Positions 1 through 9,414 are shown, counted from the stretch's first letter. The stretch: DNA of 64,000 bases from Gemmatimonadales bacterium (GCA_036522815.1 DATDFC010000140.1:4243-68242); one strand, 5' to 3'. Numbers and translations: made by a program. Notes: generated by a model from the sequence alone, not told the origin.

Positions 1-129
1 TTCGGGGTCTCCCAGGTCGGCGAGCAGCCGCAACCGCTCTCTCGCTACGCCGTGACCGCGCCAGTGGCGGGCACCACCGCAAGTTGCTATGTCATTCTGA
101 ACTTGCACGTTTCCCCCACCATTCCCGGG

Positions 130-422
130 TTAACGTAACCACCCGCGCAATGGAGATCCGTTGGCTATACCCACGCCGCGTTCGTGCTCCAGACGCTTGT
201 GGACGGGCTGGCCATGCGGGCGCACGCAGACCCGATCGCGTATCGACTCAGGTTCCTGCAGCGGGAGGCCTTGAGACTGCGTGTGGCGCTCGAGCTGCTG
301 GATCGGGTGAGCGATTGGCGTCGCCACTTGCCGCGCGGACATGCCGCTGGGACCGCCTGCGTCGAGTACGAGGGAACGGCCGTCGCCTTGGCGCTCGACG
401 TAACGCTCGAAAACCGGCGTCC
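130..422 (+). pseudogene. Relic of an IorB/aldehyde-oxidase-type molybdopterin-binding oxidoreductase subunit (central part only)
   Basis: Frame 1 reads PPAQWRSVGYTHAAFVLQTLVDGLAMRAHADPIAYRLRFL...GHAAGTACVEYEGTAVALALDV, resembling the middle of isoquinoline-oxidoreductase beta-type subunits. An in-frame TAA lies at 127-129. The sequence switches abruptly to integrase-tail sequence at ~423. No N- or C-terminal portion is present. Confidence 0.4.
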
Positions 423-549
423 CGAGACAGACCTCGCCGCAGCCGTGGCGAAGCGCATAAAGCCTTCCGCGCCCGCTTCGAATTCTGTAACTTCCAGCCG
501 CAGCAATTCTTAGGTCCGTAGCTCAATTGGTAGAGCACCGGTCTCCAAA
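423..549 (+). repeat. Left copy of direct repeat: integrase 3' coding tail + 5' half of tRNA-Trp
   Basis: Aligns with 32361-32514. The 38 nt of tRNA are identical. The upstream part has scattered mismatches and a ~27-nt deletion relative to the right copy. It encodes ...DLAAAVAKRIKPSAPASNSVTSSRSNS, versus ...DLAAAVARRFGNGKKTADIKPSALAPDSVTSSRSDS at the right copy. Confidence 0.9.
512..549 (+). pseudogene. Truncated tRNA-Trp (5' half, ends inside the anticodon loop after CTCCAAA)
   Basis: AGGTCCGTAGCTCAATTGGTAGAGCACCGGTCTCCAAA is identical to nt 1-38 of the intact tRNA at 32477. Identity stops at 549/550, and no T-arm or 3' acceptor follows. Confidence 0.9.
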
Positions 550-550
550 G

Positions 551-579
551 ACGGCGGGTCCCTGCGGGCCCGCCGTTTT
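551..579 (+). terminator. Rho-independent terminator-like hairpin
   Basis: ACGGCGGGTCC / GGGCCCGCCGT forms an 11-bp stem (one G-T pair) with a CTGC loop, followed by TTTTA. Confidence 0.6.
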
Positions 580-713
580 AATGCTCACCGACGGTCATGT
601 ACGACCACTAAGTCCCTCCAAATCCACCACGGACCGGCAAACTGTTCGCTGCGCTCAGTCGCTCGCGGTCGCGGTGCCCCGCAGTGTTTCTCCACCGCAA
701 CCGTCCACGGCGA

Positions 714-926
714 CTATGAGTCGGTGCATGGATTCATCTTGCGCCGCACCGGCGCGTAGTGCACGAGGAAGAGAGGTTCGAGTGCGCTCGACCCGAGGCG
801 CCACCAGGCCCCCAAGCCACGGAGCCGTTGCAGGTACTCCTTCTCCGTCACCGTGACCGTGAGAGTGTCATCAGGCGACGCGGCGGCGCAGCGGGGGTGG
901 CGAGATCGAAGCAGCTCGATAGTCAT
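714..926 (-). CDS. Hypothetical 70-aa protein, translationally coupled to the upstream JAB-like gene
   Basis: Its ATG at 926-924 overlaps the stop of the 923..1621 ORF (ATGA). I recognise no family. Confidence 0.3.
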   Translation of the reverse strand: MTIELLRSRHPRCAAASPDDTLTVTVTEKEYLQRLRGLGAWWRLGSSALEPLFLVHYAPVRRKMNPCTDS

Positions 927-1621
927 TGCTGGGCGCGTTCGGAGGCCGCTGGTGTTCGATGCTCCGTGAGCTGCAGCTGCTGCGCCGCCATGTCGCGGCT
1001 GACCCACACGACGCGGTCACCACACATGATCGCGTCCACCGGATAGGGTTGCCGCGCGAACGACGCTGCATCCGAGGTCGCAACTTGCGTCCCGGGGAAG
1101 TAGTAGAAGCAGCGCTCGCCGTCCGGGTGGCTGTGGATCACTCCCACGGTGCCGGCCCACCCTGCGTCCTCGCACGTCTGCTTGGGGAGGACGCGCGTCG
1201 GAGTTGACTGGGCTGGATCCACGTCCGCTGGAGCGATGCGTTCCACGATCACCGCGTCGCCTCTAATTGTGCCGATCATGCAGCCCATGAACTCGGTGAC
1301 GTAAGAGCGGTACTGTAGGAAGAGGTAACGCCGAGCTTGGGCCGACAGCAGGAGCACGCGCACCGGCGTCACGCCCATTGAGGGTCCCGGCGCGGGCCGT
1401 AGTGCGAGGACGGCTGTGATGCCTGCCACGCCGACGGCAGCGCGGATGATGACGGAGCGTCTCAGACCCTTTACCAAACTCCAGAGTCGAACTACGGCAT
1501 GTAGCACCGCCGAGAGACCGGTGTACGCTTGCGACGGTGCGTTTACGACAGTGCAGAGTGCCATTGACAGGACAAAGGATTGCGAGTCGCGCGAAGCGAG
1601 CCAATAGCGCGTTCGTACCAT
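923..1621 (-). CDS. Membrane-anchored protein with a JAB/MPN-like C-terminal domain (tentative)
   Basis: One hydrophobic helix (VIIRAAVGVAGITAVLAL) is followed by EFMGCMIGTIRGDAVIVERI and VGVIHSHPDG...ATSDAASF, resembling the E...HxH...S..D JAMM motif with non-canonical spacing. The ATG lies inside conserved element copy A, so the true start is uncertain. Confidence 0.4.
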   Translation of the reverse strand: MVRTRYWLASRDSQSFVLSMALCTVVNAPSQAYTGLSAVLHAVVRLWSLVKGLRRSVIIRAAVGVAGITAVLALRPAPGPSMGVTPVRVLLLSAQARRYLFLQYRSYVTEFMGCMIGTIRGDAVIVERIAPADVDPAQSTPTRVLPKQTCEDAGWAGTVGVIHSHPDGERCFYYFPGTQVATSDAASFARQPYPVDAIMCGDRVVWVSRDMAAQQLQLTEHRTPAASERAQQ

Positions 1622-1641
1622 CCCCGTCTACAGCCATCACG
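1561..1641 (-). repeat. Conserved ~80-nt intergenic element, copy A
   Basis: Minus-sense core ATGGTACGAACGCGCTATTGGC with alignable flanks shared with copies at 14420-14498, 20470-20550 and 26206-26290. It lies between the PAS-LuxR gene and the JAB-like gene. Confidence 0.85.
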
Positions 1642-1697
1642 GCAGGGTTGCCGCGATTGAGCAAGCGATGCCAAACGGAAGCTGGGTGGGCGGGCCG

Positions 1698-2471
1698 CTA
1701 TTCGATGAGCCCACGCTGCTGCGCGTGAGTCACCGCCTCAAGGCGGGTGTGGGTGCGGAGCTTGCGGTTGATGTGGTGCAAGTGGTTGCGGAGCGTCTGC
1801 GCGGAAATGCTTAGTTTGCGGGCGATGGTCGTGGAGTTGCGGCCTTCGGCGAAAAGCTTCAAGATGCGGCGCTCCTGCTCGGAGAGCGGCTCGACGGGGG
1901 CGTGATGGGCCTCGTCGCCGGCGAGATCAACGAGTTGTCGGGCGAGGTCGACCATGCGGTAGAATCGCTCCTCGTTACGCCGGCGCTGGTCGACGTCGCG
2001 CTCCAACCGCACGAAGAGTCGCCGTCCTGTGCGCTGGTTGTCGAAGACGATGGTTGAGACGTTCACCCAAATCCGGCCCCTAGACTGGGTGCGTACCTCC
2101 AAGTCGAAATTCGGGATTACGCCGGACGTTCCGTCCCAGCGACGGGTCGCCGCTTCCGCGCCCCCTGCGAGCGCGCTGGTGCCCAACGTGTCGCGCGCCT
2201 CGAGCACTTCGTCGATGTTGCGGTGGAGCACCTCGCTCGCCGAGTAGCCGAACAGCCGCTCCGCGGCTCCGTTCCAGGAACAGATCTCGCCACTCTCGGT
2301 GACCGTGTACGCGGCGTCCGCCGTCTGCTCAAGCAGCGCAAACAACTCCGTTTCGAGCATTCCTCGCCTCGCGACCTCCTCGGCCGGAAATGCTAGCGCT
2401 TCAGCGCCACGTCGGCCAGACCGGTGTCCCGCGCAGGACACGCGTCTCTCCACACGGTACGAACGCTTCAT
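1698..2471 (-). CDS. PAS-domain LuxR-family transcriptional regulator
   Basis: C-terminal LSEQERRILKLFAEGRNSTTIARKLSISAQTLRNHLHHINRKL is a LuxR/GerE helix-turn-helix. The N-terminal half is PAS-like (ICSWNGAAERLFGYSASEVLHRNIDEV). The start was set at MKRSYRV (2471) because that N-terminus is retained in the duplicated relic at 20690. Confidence 0.8.
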   Translation of the reverse strand: MKRSYRVERRVSCAGHRSGRRGAEALAFPAEEVARRGMLETELFALLEQTADAAYTVTESGEICSWNGAAERLFGYSASEVLHRNIDEVLEARDTLGTSALAGGAEAATRRWDGTSGVIPNFDLEVRTQSRGRIWVNVSTIVFDNQRTGRRLFVRLERDVDQRRRNEERFYRMVDLARQLVDLAGDEAHHAPVEPLSEQERRILKLFAEGRNSTTIARKLSISAQTLRNHLHHINRKLRTHTRLEAVTHAQQRGLIE

Positions 2472-2559
2472 TGTCGGCTCAGGGGCCCCGCCATAACCAT
2501 ACTCCGTCGCACAACGCACTCAGAGAAGCTCGGCATTCCCTTGTAAAGGAGCCTCAAGT

Positions 2560-3039
2560 ATGAAACAGCTCGCACTTACTGCCCTCGCCGGGGTCCTCGG
2601 CGTCGGGATGCTTGTCGCATCCCCTGACTCCGCAACGGCCCAGGAGATGGCGCCCGCCAGCGCCTACAGGATTCACGCTGACACCTCAGCGCGCCAGCAA
2701 AAAGCGCCGCCGGGCGGTGCCTACAAGAAGGTCAGCACGCTCGTCGCGCTCCCGGACTTCGTCCCCGGACTCGGCACCCTGTACGTCGATCCCGCCACGC
2801 TGCCCGCGGGGCCGTTTCTCGCCTACGACCACCAAGGCAACCTGGTGAGCTCCATCTACATGATCCCGCTCAAGGACATGAACGCTCAGAAGGCGTTCAG
2901 CGATCTGAAGGTCGGTCGTGAGCGCGCCGATCACGTAGACATCGTTTTCAACGCGGGCCACCCGGGCGTGGCGGAGCCGCACTACCACGTGATCGTGTGG
3001 TACATCTCGCCGCAGCGCGCGGCCCAGCTCGCCAAGTGA
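2560..3039 (+). CDS. Secreted protein of unknown function (paralog 1)
   Basis: Signal peptide MKQLALTALAGVLGVGMLVASPDSATAQ. About 95 percent identical in protein and DNA to 20775..21200, apart from an extra 18-aa insert. AGGAG lies upstream of the ATG. Confidence 0.75.
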   Translation: MKQLALTALAGVLGVGMLVASPDSATAQEMAPASAYRIHADTSARQQKAPPGGAYKKVSTLVALPDFVPGLGTLYVDPATLPAGPFLAYDHQGNLVSSIYMIPLKDMNAQKAFSDLKVGRERADHVDIVFNAGHPGVAEPHYHVIVWYISPQRAAQLAK

Positions 3040-3632
3040 CGACACCGTCACGCCGCGAGTTCCTGAAAGCCGGCGGGCTGGCGCTCGTCGGCTTTGGGCT
3101 CGTGTCAGACCGGCGCGCGCCCCTAGCTGCGCTCCTCGGAGCGCGGTCCCGTTCGACGGCCGCTCTCGAGGTGATCGAGATGCGGAGCGACGCGCTCGGC
3201 TCCCGGGTATGGTTCGACCCGATTGGGCTCTACGTGGAACCGGGTGCGACGGTGCGCTGGATCGTGCGGGAGAACGTGCACACGACGACCGCCTACCACC
3301 CGCAGAACGATCATCATCCGCTGCGAATTCCCGAGAGCGCCGTGGCCTGGGACTCGGGGTTCCTCGTGCACCCGGGCGATCATTTCGAGGTCACGCTCAC
3401 CGTACCTGGGGTCTATGACTATTACTGCATGCCCCACGAAGCGGTCGGGATGGTAGGCCGGATCGTTGTGGGGCAGCCGATCGGGCCGGGCGCCGAGCCG
3501 TTCGACTACTGGGTGGGCAGGGCGGGAACGGACAGCTGGCGTCACGTGCCCGAGGCGGCCCGTCAGACCTTGCCGAGCGTCGCGCAGGTCCTCCACGAGC
3601 GCCGAGTGCATCCGCCCGGGCCGCGGAGATGA
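3036..3632 (+). CDS. Tat-signal blue-copper (plastocyanin/pseudoazurin-like cupredoxin) protein
   Basis: SRREFLKAGG is a twin-arginine motif. The type-1 copper ligands are H...YYCMPHEAVGM (C-x2-H-x4-M). The GTG start overlaps the upstream stop (GTGA). Confidence 0.8.
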   Translation: MTTPSRREFLKAGGLALVGFGLVSDRRAPLAALLGARSRSTAALEVIEMRSDALGSRVWFDPIGLYVEPGATVRWIVRENVHTTTAYHPQNDHHPLRIPESAVAWDSGFLVHPGDHFEVTLTVPGVYDYYCMPHEAVGMVGRIVVGQPIGPGAEPFDYWVGRAGTDSWRHVPEAARQTLPSVAQVLHERRVHPPGPRR

Positions 3633-3633
3633 C

Positions 3634-4095
3634 ATGGGAGCGGCCACGGTCGCCCAGTCGGGCAAGCACGACTCTCTGGGAGAGGGCGTCAGGCTCGGAC
3701 TCGTCGTCGCGACCAGCATCTGGGTCTGGCTCGCCGTGGTCGACGCGGTCGTGGGCGAACCGTTCCGCACGTTCACGGTGTTGGGCGGCGTCGCCTTGTT
3801 CACGACGATGCATTACGTGCTCAACGTGGCGTACGGCGCCGGCATTGTGGCCGCCATCCACGGCGCGGCACGAGAACCGAGTCTGGTCATCGCCGTAGCC
3901 TTCGGGTTCCCGATCGTCGAATTCGTGTTCGCGCTCGTCACGGTCCTGCTCTCGCATCTCGGACTCGGGCAGCTCGCCTGGGTCCGAATCTTTGGCGGGA
4001 GTCTGATCGGTACGGCAATCGCGATCGTCATCCTCGCTCGACGGCATCCGCTGGCGGCAGAGGTGCGGCAAGCTGAAGAGGAAGCCAATGACTGA
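3634..4095 (+). CDS. Integral membrane protein (about 4 TM helices), unknown function
   Basis: The ATG lies 1 nt after the upstream stop and is preceded by GGAG. The product is strongly hydrophobic (LGLVVATSIWVWLAVVDAVV..., IAVAFGFPIVEFVFALVTVLL). Confidence 0.6.
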   Translation: MGAATVAQSGKHDSLGEGVRLGLVVATSIWVWLAVVDAVVGEPFRTFTVLGGVALFTTMHYVLNVAYGAGIVAAIHGAAREPSLVIAVAFGFPIVEFVFALVTVLLSHLGLGQLAWVRIFGGSLIGTAIAIVILARRHPLAAEVRQAEEEAND

Positions 4096-4713
4096 ATGTC
4101 TTTTTGGGAAGGATGTGGAACAATGCTTAGACTCAATATCGCGCCGTCGGCCGGAAGGTGGCGCCCGTCAACAACCGTGGGACGGACACTCACGGCGATA
4201 GTGGGGCTGGTTACCCTTTCGCTCGCCGTTCCCGTGAGTGCTCAGCAGCAGGGGGTGGTGGATCCAACCTGGCTGCGTTTCGATACAGCCGCCAAAACGG
4301 TCCGCTTCCAGTTGATCGCTGGGCTCACCGGGCTGAACGGCGCCCTGAACTTCAACGGGTTCCGTGACGGGGCGCTCACGCTCGAAGTACCGGTAGGGTG
4401 GAAGACGGAGATCGACTTCCGCAACCACGACGGGATGTTGCCCCATAGCGCCGAGGTCATCGCTCCGCGCACGCCGCTGCCGACGCAGTCCGTCGATCCC
4501 GCCATTCCGCGGGCCTTCACGTTGAAGCTCGGGGAAGGGCTTCCTTCGGAGGCGAAGGACATCCTGGCCTTCACCGCGCAGCCTGCAGGGGAGTACTTGA
4601 TCTTCTGCGGCGTGCCCGGACACGGCGCCTCGGGGATGTGGATCCGGCTCCGAGTCAGCGCGACGGCCCAGACGCCGTCGTTGCTGCTCACGCCAGCGGT
4701 GGGCTCGAGCTGA
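4096..4713 (+). CDS. Sulfocyanin-like cupredoxin
   Basis: Signal/anchor, then LNFNGFRDGALTLEVPVGW and the copper site FCGVPGHGASGMW (C-x2-GH-x4-M). The start could instead be the ATG at 4123. Confidence 0.7.
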   Translation: MSFWEGCGTMLRLNIAPSAGRWRPSTTVGRTLTAIVGLVTLSLAVPVSAQQQGVVDPTWLRFDTAAKTVRFQLIAGLTGLNGALNFNGFRDGALTLEVPVGWKTEIDFRNHDGMLPHSAEVIAPRTPLPTQSVDPAIPRAFTLKLGEGLPSEAKDILAFTAQPAGEYLIFCGVPGHGASGMWIRLRVSATAQTPSLLLTPAVGSS

Positions 4714-4763
4714 GACTCAGCGATCGGCCGCTGGGGGAGACGAACGAATGCGAGAGGAGAAGA

Positions 4764-5252
4764 ATGGCTCACGGAGCAAGGGAGCGCGCTATGAGAGAAT
4801 CCCTGGCAAGTGTCGAACCCCGAGGCGCCGAGCTGGATGCCGAGATGAGATCGTCGGACCAAGGCACTTCACCGAGTTCTCATGTTCAGACTTTCGTCCT
4901 CTCCGGGTATCACGGGAGGCCGACGCGCGGCACGGTGACGATCCACGAATTCAACCGGGCGCAACGCTGGCGCCGGGCTCTTCGTGGGGTCGGCACGTGG
5001 TGGAGCGCAGCACTGCTGTCGGTTTTGGTTCCCGTGGCCCACTTCGTGCTCGTTCCATCGTTCTTGCTCTATGGCATCTGGCAGTTCGTCCAGCGGGTTG
5101 GGACGGCGGAGCTGGCGACCGACGCCCGCGGCACGTGCCCGGACTGCGGAAAGGAGCAGCCACTCGAGCTCGCCCCTCGGTGGCGCTCGCCGCAACCCGT
5201 CACCTGTCGATTCTGCCATCGTGGACTACAGCTCTCGCTCCCGACGGCCTGA
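4764..5252 (+). CDS. Membrane protein with C-terminal CxxC...CxxC zinc-ribbon
   Basis: GAGGAGAAGA lies upstream of the ATG at 4764. There are two hydrophobic helices, then CPDCGKEQ...CRFCHRG. Confidence 0.5.
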   Translation: MAHGARERAMRESLASVEPRGAELDAEMRSSDQGTSPSSHVQTFVLSGYHGRPTRGTVTIHEFNRAQRWRRALRGVGTWWSAALLSVLVPVAHFVLVPSFLLYGIWQFVQRVGTAELATDARGTCPDCGKEQPLELAPRWRSPQPVTCRFCHRGLQLSLPTA

Positions 5253-5448
5253 CCAAAGTGTTCCCAGTTACGGACACTCGCGGCGATGGTGGAGTTTGTC
5301 ACCCTTTCCGCCGCAATGTGCTAGCGACGATGGCGCTTCTCAACTGGTCCATGTGTAACGTGCGATTCACACGCTCAAGTCCCACGGCCTTCGCGACGAG
5401 AGCCGAGAGCAGGATTCGTACCGCCCTGATCCACGCCCGTCACGCGGG

Positions 5449-6216
5449 TCATCGAGCAGTGCCTCGTCGAAGTGCGGCCGCCGCGGGCGCGTCGACGAAC
5501 CAGCGCACGCGCCCGGCGGTGGGTGCGATCAGCTGGGCGGGCAGTCGGTGCGGTTGCCTGGGGCCCTCCAACACCTGCCGCAGGATGGCGGCCTTGGCGA
5601 CGCCCGTGACGAGAAAGGCGACCTCGGCCGCCGCATTGATGATGACTGGGCTGAGCGTGACCCGCCACGCCGACACCGCTTCCACGTATTCAGCCGTCAC
5701 CCAGCGCTGACCGTCGTGAAGTGCCGCCGCGCCCGGGAAGAGCGACGCCGTGTGCCCGTCCTCGCCCAGACCCAAGAGCACGAGGTCGATTCGCGCCCCG
5801 GGCGTGTCACGCGGGGAGCCCGTTGGCGTCCGGAGTACGCCTCGAATTACTCGCTCGTAGCTGGTGGCCGCTTCGGCAGGATCGTCTTCGCCGGAGATCC
5901 GGTGCACGTTCGCCGCGGGGATAGGTACATGGTCGAGCAGCGCCTCGCGTGCCATCCGATAGTTGCTCGCCGGGTGGTCCGGCGGCACACAGCGCTCGTC
6001 ACCCCACAAGACCTGGACTCGCGACCAATTCACGTTCGAAGCAGCAGGCTCTACCGCGAGTCGTGCGTACACGCTCCGCGGGGTTGATCCACCCGACAGC
6101 GCCACCACGAACTCTCCACGCGCGCGAATCGCGTCGTCGGCGGTCGCGACGAATCGTCGGGCCACGGCCTCGGCGACGAGAGAGGCGATCGGAAACACCT
6201 CGAGCTCGAAACCCAT
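5449..6216 (-). CDS. pgl: 6-phosphogluconolactonase
   Basis: VVALSGGSTPRSVYARLA, WGDERCVPPDHPASNY and LVLLGLGEDGHTASLFPG are hallmark SolR/DevB-family motifs. Confidence 0.85.
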   Translation of the reverse strand: MGFELEVFPIASLVAEAVARRFVATADDAIRARGEFVVALSGGSTPRSVYARLAVEPAASNVNWSRVQVLWGDERCVPPDHPASNYRMAREALLDHVPIPAANVHRISGEDDPAEAATSYERVIRGVLRTPTGSPRDTPGARIDLVLLGLGEDGHTASLFPGAAALHDGQRWVTAEYVEAVSAWRVTLSPVIINAAAEVAFLVTGVAKAAILRQVLEGPRQPHRLPAQLIAPTAGRVRWFVDAPAAAALRRGTAR

Positions 6217-6245
6217 GCGCCCCGATCCTCAGTGCGCCCCGATCC

Positions 6246-6980
6246 TCAGTCTTCCGCCCGTCGGAGCGCGTCCACCCGTCCGTCAGGGTGACCGACGAGG
6301 ACCTGGTCCGCCATTCCGAGAAAGAACCCAGTGTCCACGATACCGGCGATAGCATGGAGTGCCCGCTCGAGCTCACGCGCGGCCTGTCGGTCCCGCATCG
6401 GCTCCCGGAGTGTGCAGTCAAGGGTGAGGTTTCCGTTCTCCGACACGAGCGGCCTTGACCCTGTGCTGTTCATTCGGAGGGCAGGTGTCAGTCCGAGCGC
6501 CTTGAGCTTCTTCGTCGCGAGCCACTGCGCGAACGGGACCACCTCGACCGGCACCGGCCCGCGCTGGCCCAACCCACGGACCAGCTTTTCCTCGCCGACG
6601 AGAATTACCAGGCGCCTGGAGGCCGCGGCCACGATGCGTTCGCGCACCAGGGCACCGCCGCACCCCTTCACCAGGTCGAGGTTCGGCGCCACCTCATCTG
6701 CGCCGTCGATCGTGATGTCCAGTTGAACGTCTTCGCCCAACTCGATGAGCGGGATGCCGGCCTTCCTCGCCGTGTACGCTGAGGCATGTGAGGTCGGGAC
6801 GCCAGTGACCCGCAATCCGTCCTCCCGGCGCAGCCCCAGGGTCGTGATGAACAGGGAGGCGGCGCGGCCGGAGCCGAGGCCCACCCGCGACCCGTCGGCG
6901 ATAAGCTCGAGCGCCTTCGTGGCCACCGCGTGAACGCCCGGATCATCGAGACCGCCCGCGACGCTGGCTCGGTCGCTCAT
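6246..6980 (-). CDS. rpiA: Ribose-5-phosphate isomerase A
   Basis: GLGSGRAASLFI, DITIDGADEV, KGCGGALVRERIVA and GIVDTGFF. The start was set at the ATG at 6980, just after the zwf stop. Confidence 0.85.
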   Translation of the reverse strand: MSDRASVAGGLDDPGVHAVATKALELIADGSRVGLGSGRAASLFITTLGLRREDGLRVTGVPTSHASAYTARKAGIPLIELGEDVQLDITIDGADEVAPNLDLVKGCGGALVRERIVAAASRRLVILVGEEKLVRGLGQRGPVPVEVVPFAQWLATKKLKALGLTPALRMNSTGSRPLVSENGNLTLDCTLREPMRDRQAARELERALHAIAGIVDTGFFLGMADQVLVGHPDGRVDALRRAED

Positions 6981-6987
6981 GCGCGGC

Positions 6988-8355
6988 TCACGTTGCCGGG
7001 GCACGCCAGCCACCGATGTCCGCCGCGAGCTTCATCGCAGCGGCCGGACCCCAGCTGCCCGGTTCGTACTGGAGCGCCGGCACGACATTGCCGAGAATCC
7101 CTTGCACGACAGCCCACGCCGCCTCGACGCCGTCCTCACGGGCAAAGAGCATCGCATCTCCGTCCATTGCGTCGCCGAGCAGCCGCTCGTATGGCGTCAT
7201 CTCGTCGCCGGCGGGACGATGCGTGACTTGGAGTTCGGTCGGCTCAGACACCAGTTTCTCCCCCGGCTGCTTCACCCGCGCGCCGATCGCGATCTCTACC
7301 TCGGGACCCAGCCGGAACCGCACGTAATTCGTTTCGCCGTGGGCGAGCCTCATCACCGGAGGTCGCTTGAACGAGACAATCACCTCGGTCGCCGTCGCCG
7401 CGAGCGCCTTGCCGGCGCGGATGAGGAACGGCACGCTCTCCCAGCGCCACGAATCGATATGAAGCCGCACCGCCGCGAACGTCTCGACTGTGGAGTCCCG
7501 GGCAACATTCTCCTCCGCGCGGTACCCGTGGAACTGCCCGCGTACGACACAATCGGGCGTCAGCGGCCGGATCTTGCGGAAGACCCGCACCTGCTCGTCG
7601 CGGATCCCTTCCTTATAGTCCAGGTCGGGGGGTTCCATGGCGAGGAATCCCACCACCTGCAGCATGTGGTTCTGCACGACATCTCGAATGGCGCCGGCCT
7701 CTTCGTAGAAACGCCCGCGTCCCTGGAGACCGAACCGTTCCGCCATTGTGATTTGGACGCTCTCGACGTAATGGCTGTTCCACACGGGCTCCAGGAAGGT
7801 GTTCGCGAAGCGGAAGAGCAGGAGGTTCTGCACCGACTCTTTGCCGAGATAATGGTCGATGCGGAAGATGTGCTTCTCATCGAACACCTGATGCAGCGTC
7901 GCGTTGAGTGCCCGCGCACTCGCGAGGTCGCGCCCGAATGGCTTTTCCACCACGATGCGCGCGTTGCGGGCACACCCCGAGACGCCGAGCCCCTGGGCCA
8001 CGATCTCGAACATGTCGGGCGGAATGGCGAGATAATACAGCGGGCGCTTCGCATCGCCGAGCGCCGCTCGCAGCGCGACAAACGTGTCCGGGCGGCTGTA
8101 ATCGCCCTCAACGTATTGTAGACTCGCCGCGAACTTGGCGAACGCCGCGTCATCCACGGCTCCATCCTGCTCTACGCTGCGTCGCGCGTGGGCGCGAAAT
8201 CGCTCCAGCGTCCACCCGGAGCGCGCCACGCCGATCACCGGCATGAGCAGCTGGTTGCGACGTGTCATCGCGTAGAGCGCAGGGAATATTTTCTTGAACG
8301 CGAGGTCGCCCGTCGCCCCGAAGAAGACCAGCGCGTCCGCTCGGTCGGGATTCAT
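6988..8355 (-). CDS. zwf: Glucose-6-phosphate 1-dehydrogenase
   Basis: [20 protein letters not shown] and the RIDHYLGKE active-site motif. The ATG at 8355 overlaps the gnd stop (ATGA). Confidence 0.9.
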   Translation of the reverse strand: MNPDRADALVFFGATGDLAFKKIFPALYAMTRRNQLLMPVIGVARSGWTLERFRAHARRSVEQDGAVDDAAFAKFAASLQYVEGDYSRPDTFVALRAALGDAKRPLYYLAIPPDMFEIVAQGLGVSGCARNARIVVEKPFGRDLASARALNATLHQVFDEKHIFRIDHYLGKESVQNLLLFRFANTFLEPVWNSHYVESVQITMAERFGLQGRGRFYEEAGAIRDVVQNHMLQVVGFLAMEPPDLDYKEGIRDEQVRVFRKIRPLTPDCVVRGQFHGYRAEENVARDSTVETFAAVRLHIDSWRWESVPFLIRAGKALAATATEVIVSFKRPPVMRLAHGETNYVRFRLGPEVEIAIGARVKQPGEKLVSEPTELQVTHRPAGDEMTPYERLLGDAMDGDAMLFAREDGVEAAWAVVQGILGNVVPALQYEPGSWGPAAAMKLAADIGGWRAPAT

Positions 8356-9371
8356 GCGCCCGCGCTCTTCTCCACGTGGCCTCCGAACTCGAAGCGCATG
8401 GCGGAGAGGAGCCGGTTCTGGAAGTCGGCCTCGCCACGCGAGGTGAACCGCCCGAACAGCGCAGCGGCGAGAACGTTGACCGGGACGGCCTCGTCGATTG
8501 CCGCTTCCAGCGTCCACCGCCCCTCCCCCGAGTCGGACACGCGGCCGGCGAAGCGGTCGAGCGCCGGGTCACCGGCGAGCGCGGCGGCAGTCAGATCGAG
8601 TAGCCAGGACGCGATCACGCTGCCGCGGCGCCACACCTCGGTGATGTCGGCGAGGTTGAAATCATACCGGTAGGCGGTGGGATCGCGGAGCGGCGTCGTC
8701 TCGGCGTCCGGCGTGGCGGCGCTGTGTCCCACGTCCGCGTGCTTGAGGATGTTGAGCCCCTCCGCGTACGCCGCCATCAGTCCGTATTCGATGCCGTTGT
8801 GGACCATCTTCACGAAGTGGCCCGCACCGCTCTGGCCGCAGTGGAGATACCCATGTTCCGCGGTCCCGCCCCGTTGCTCGCGCCCCGGAGTCCTGGCGAG
8901 CGACCCGGCACCCGGCGCGAGGGTGGCGAAGATCGGATCGAGCCGGCGCACGACCTCGGCCTCGCCCCCGAGCATGAGGCAGTATCCCCGATCGAGGCCG
9001 AAGACCCCACCGCTGGTGCCGCAGTCCACGTAGTGCAGCCCCCTGTCGGCCAGCCGCTTGGCGCGGACAATATCGTCGCGGTAATACGAGTTGCCGCCGT
9101 CGATCACCACGTCACCGGCGTCGAGCTTGGGGAGGAGCGCGTCGAGCGTGGCATCGACGGCCGCTGCGGGCACCATCAGCCAGACGGCGCGCGGCTTGGC
9201 GAGCCGAGTCGCCAGATCATCCAGCACCGTCGCGCCGATGGCACCCTCTACGGCCAGCGCGTCCACCGCTGCCGCCGCTACGTCGTGTACTACGCATTCG
9301 TGGCCGCCGCGCATGAGGCGACGCACCATGTTGGCGCCCATGCGCCCGAGTCCGATCATCCCCAGCTGCAT
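8352..9371 (-). CDS. gnd: 6-phosphogluconate dehydrogenase, decarboxylating (short ~340-aa form)
   Basis: [19 protein letters not shown] Rossmann N-terminus and [22 protein letters not shown]. The long N-terminal extension in the ORF track is the alternative frame of the upstream gene. Confidence 0.85.
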   Translation of the reverse strand: MQLGMIGLGRMGANMVRRLMRGGHECVVHDVAAAAVDALAVEGAIGATVLDDLATRLAKPRAVWLMVPAAAVDATLDALLPKLDAGDVVIDGGNSYYRDDIVRAKRLADRGLHYVDCGTSGGVFGLDRGYCLMLGGEAEVVRRLDPIFATLAPGAGSLARTPGREQRGGTAEHGYLHCGQSGAGHFVKMVHNGIEYGLMAAYAEGLNILKHADVGHSAATPDAETTPLRDPTAYRYDFNLADITEVWRRGSVIASWLLDLTAAALAGDPALDRFAGRVSDSGEGRWTLEAAIDEAVPVNVLAAALFGRFTSRGEADFQNRLLSAMRFEFGGHVEKSAGA

Positions 9372-9414
9372 GCAATCCTCCCCTGGCCGCCCGCCGCCGA
9401 TGCGGGCCGATCCC

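Noticed and set aside
4748-5710. 320-aa plus-strand ORF spanning the convergent gap into pgl.
   Set aside because: It is out of frame with the zinc-ribbon membrane gene, antisense to pgl, and has Arg/Ala-rich low-complexity content.
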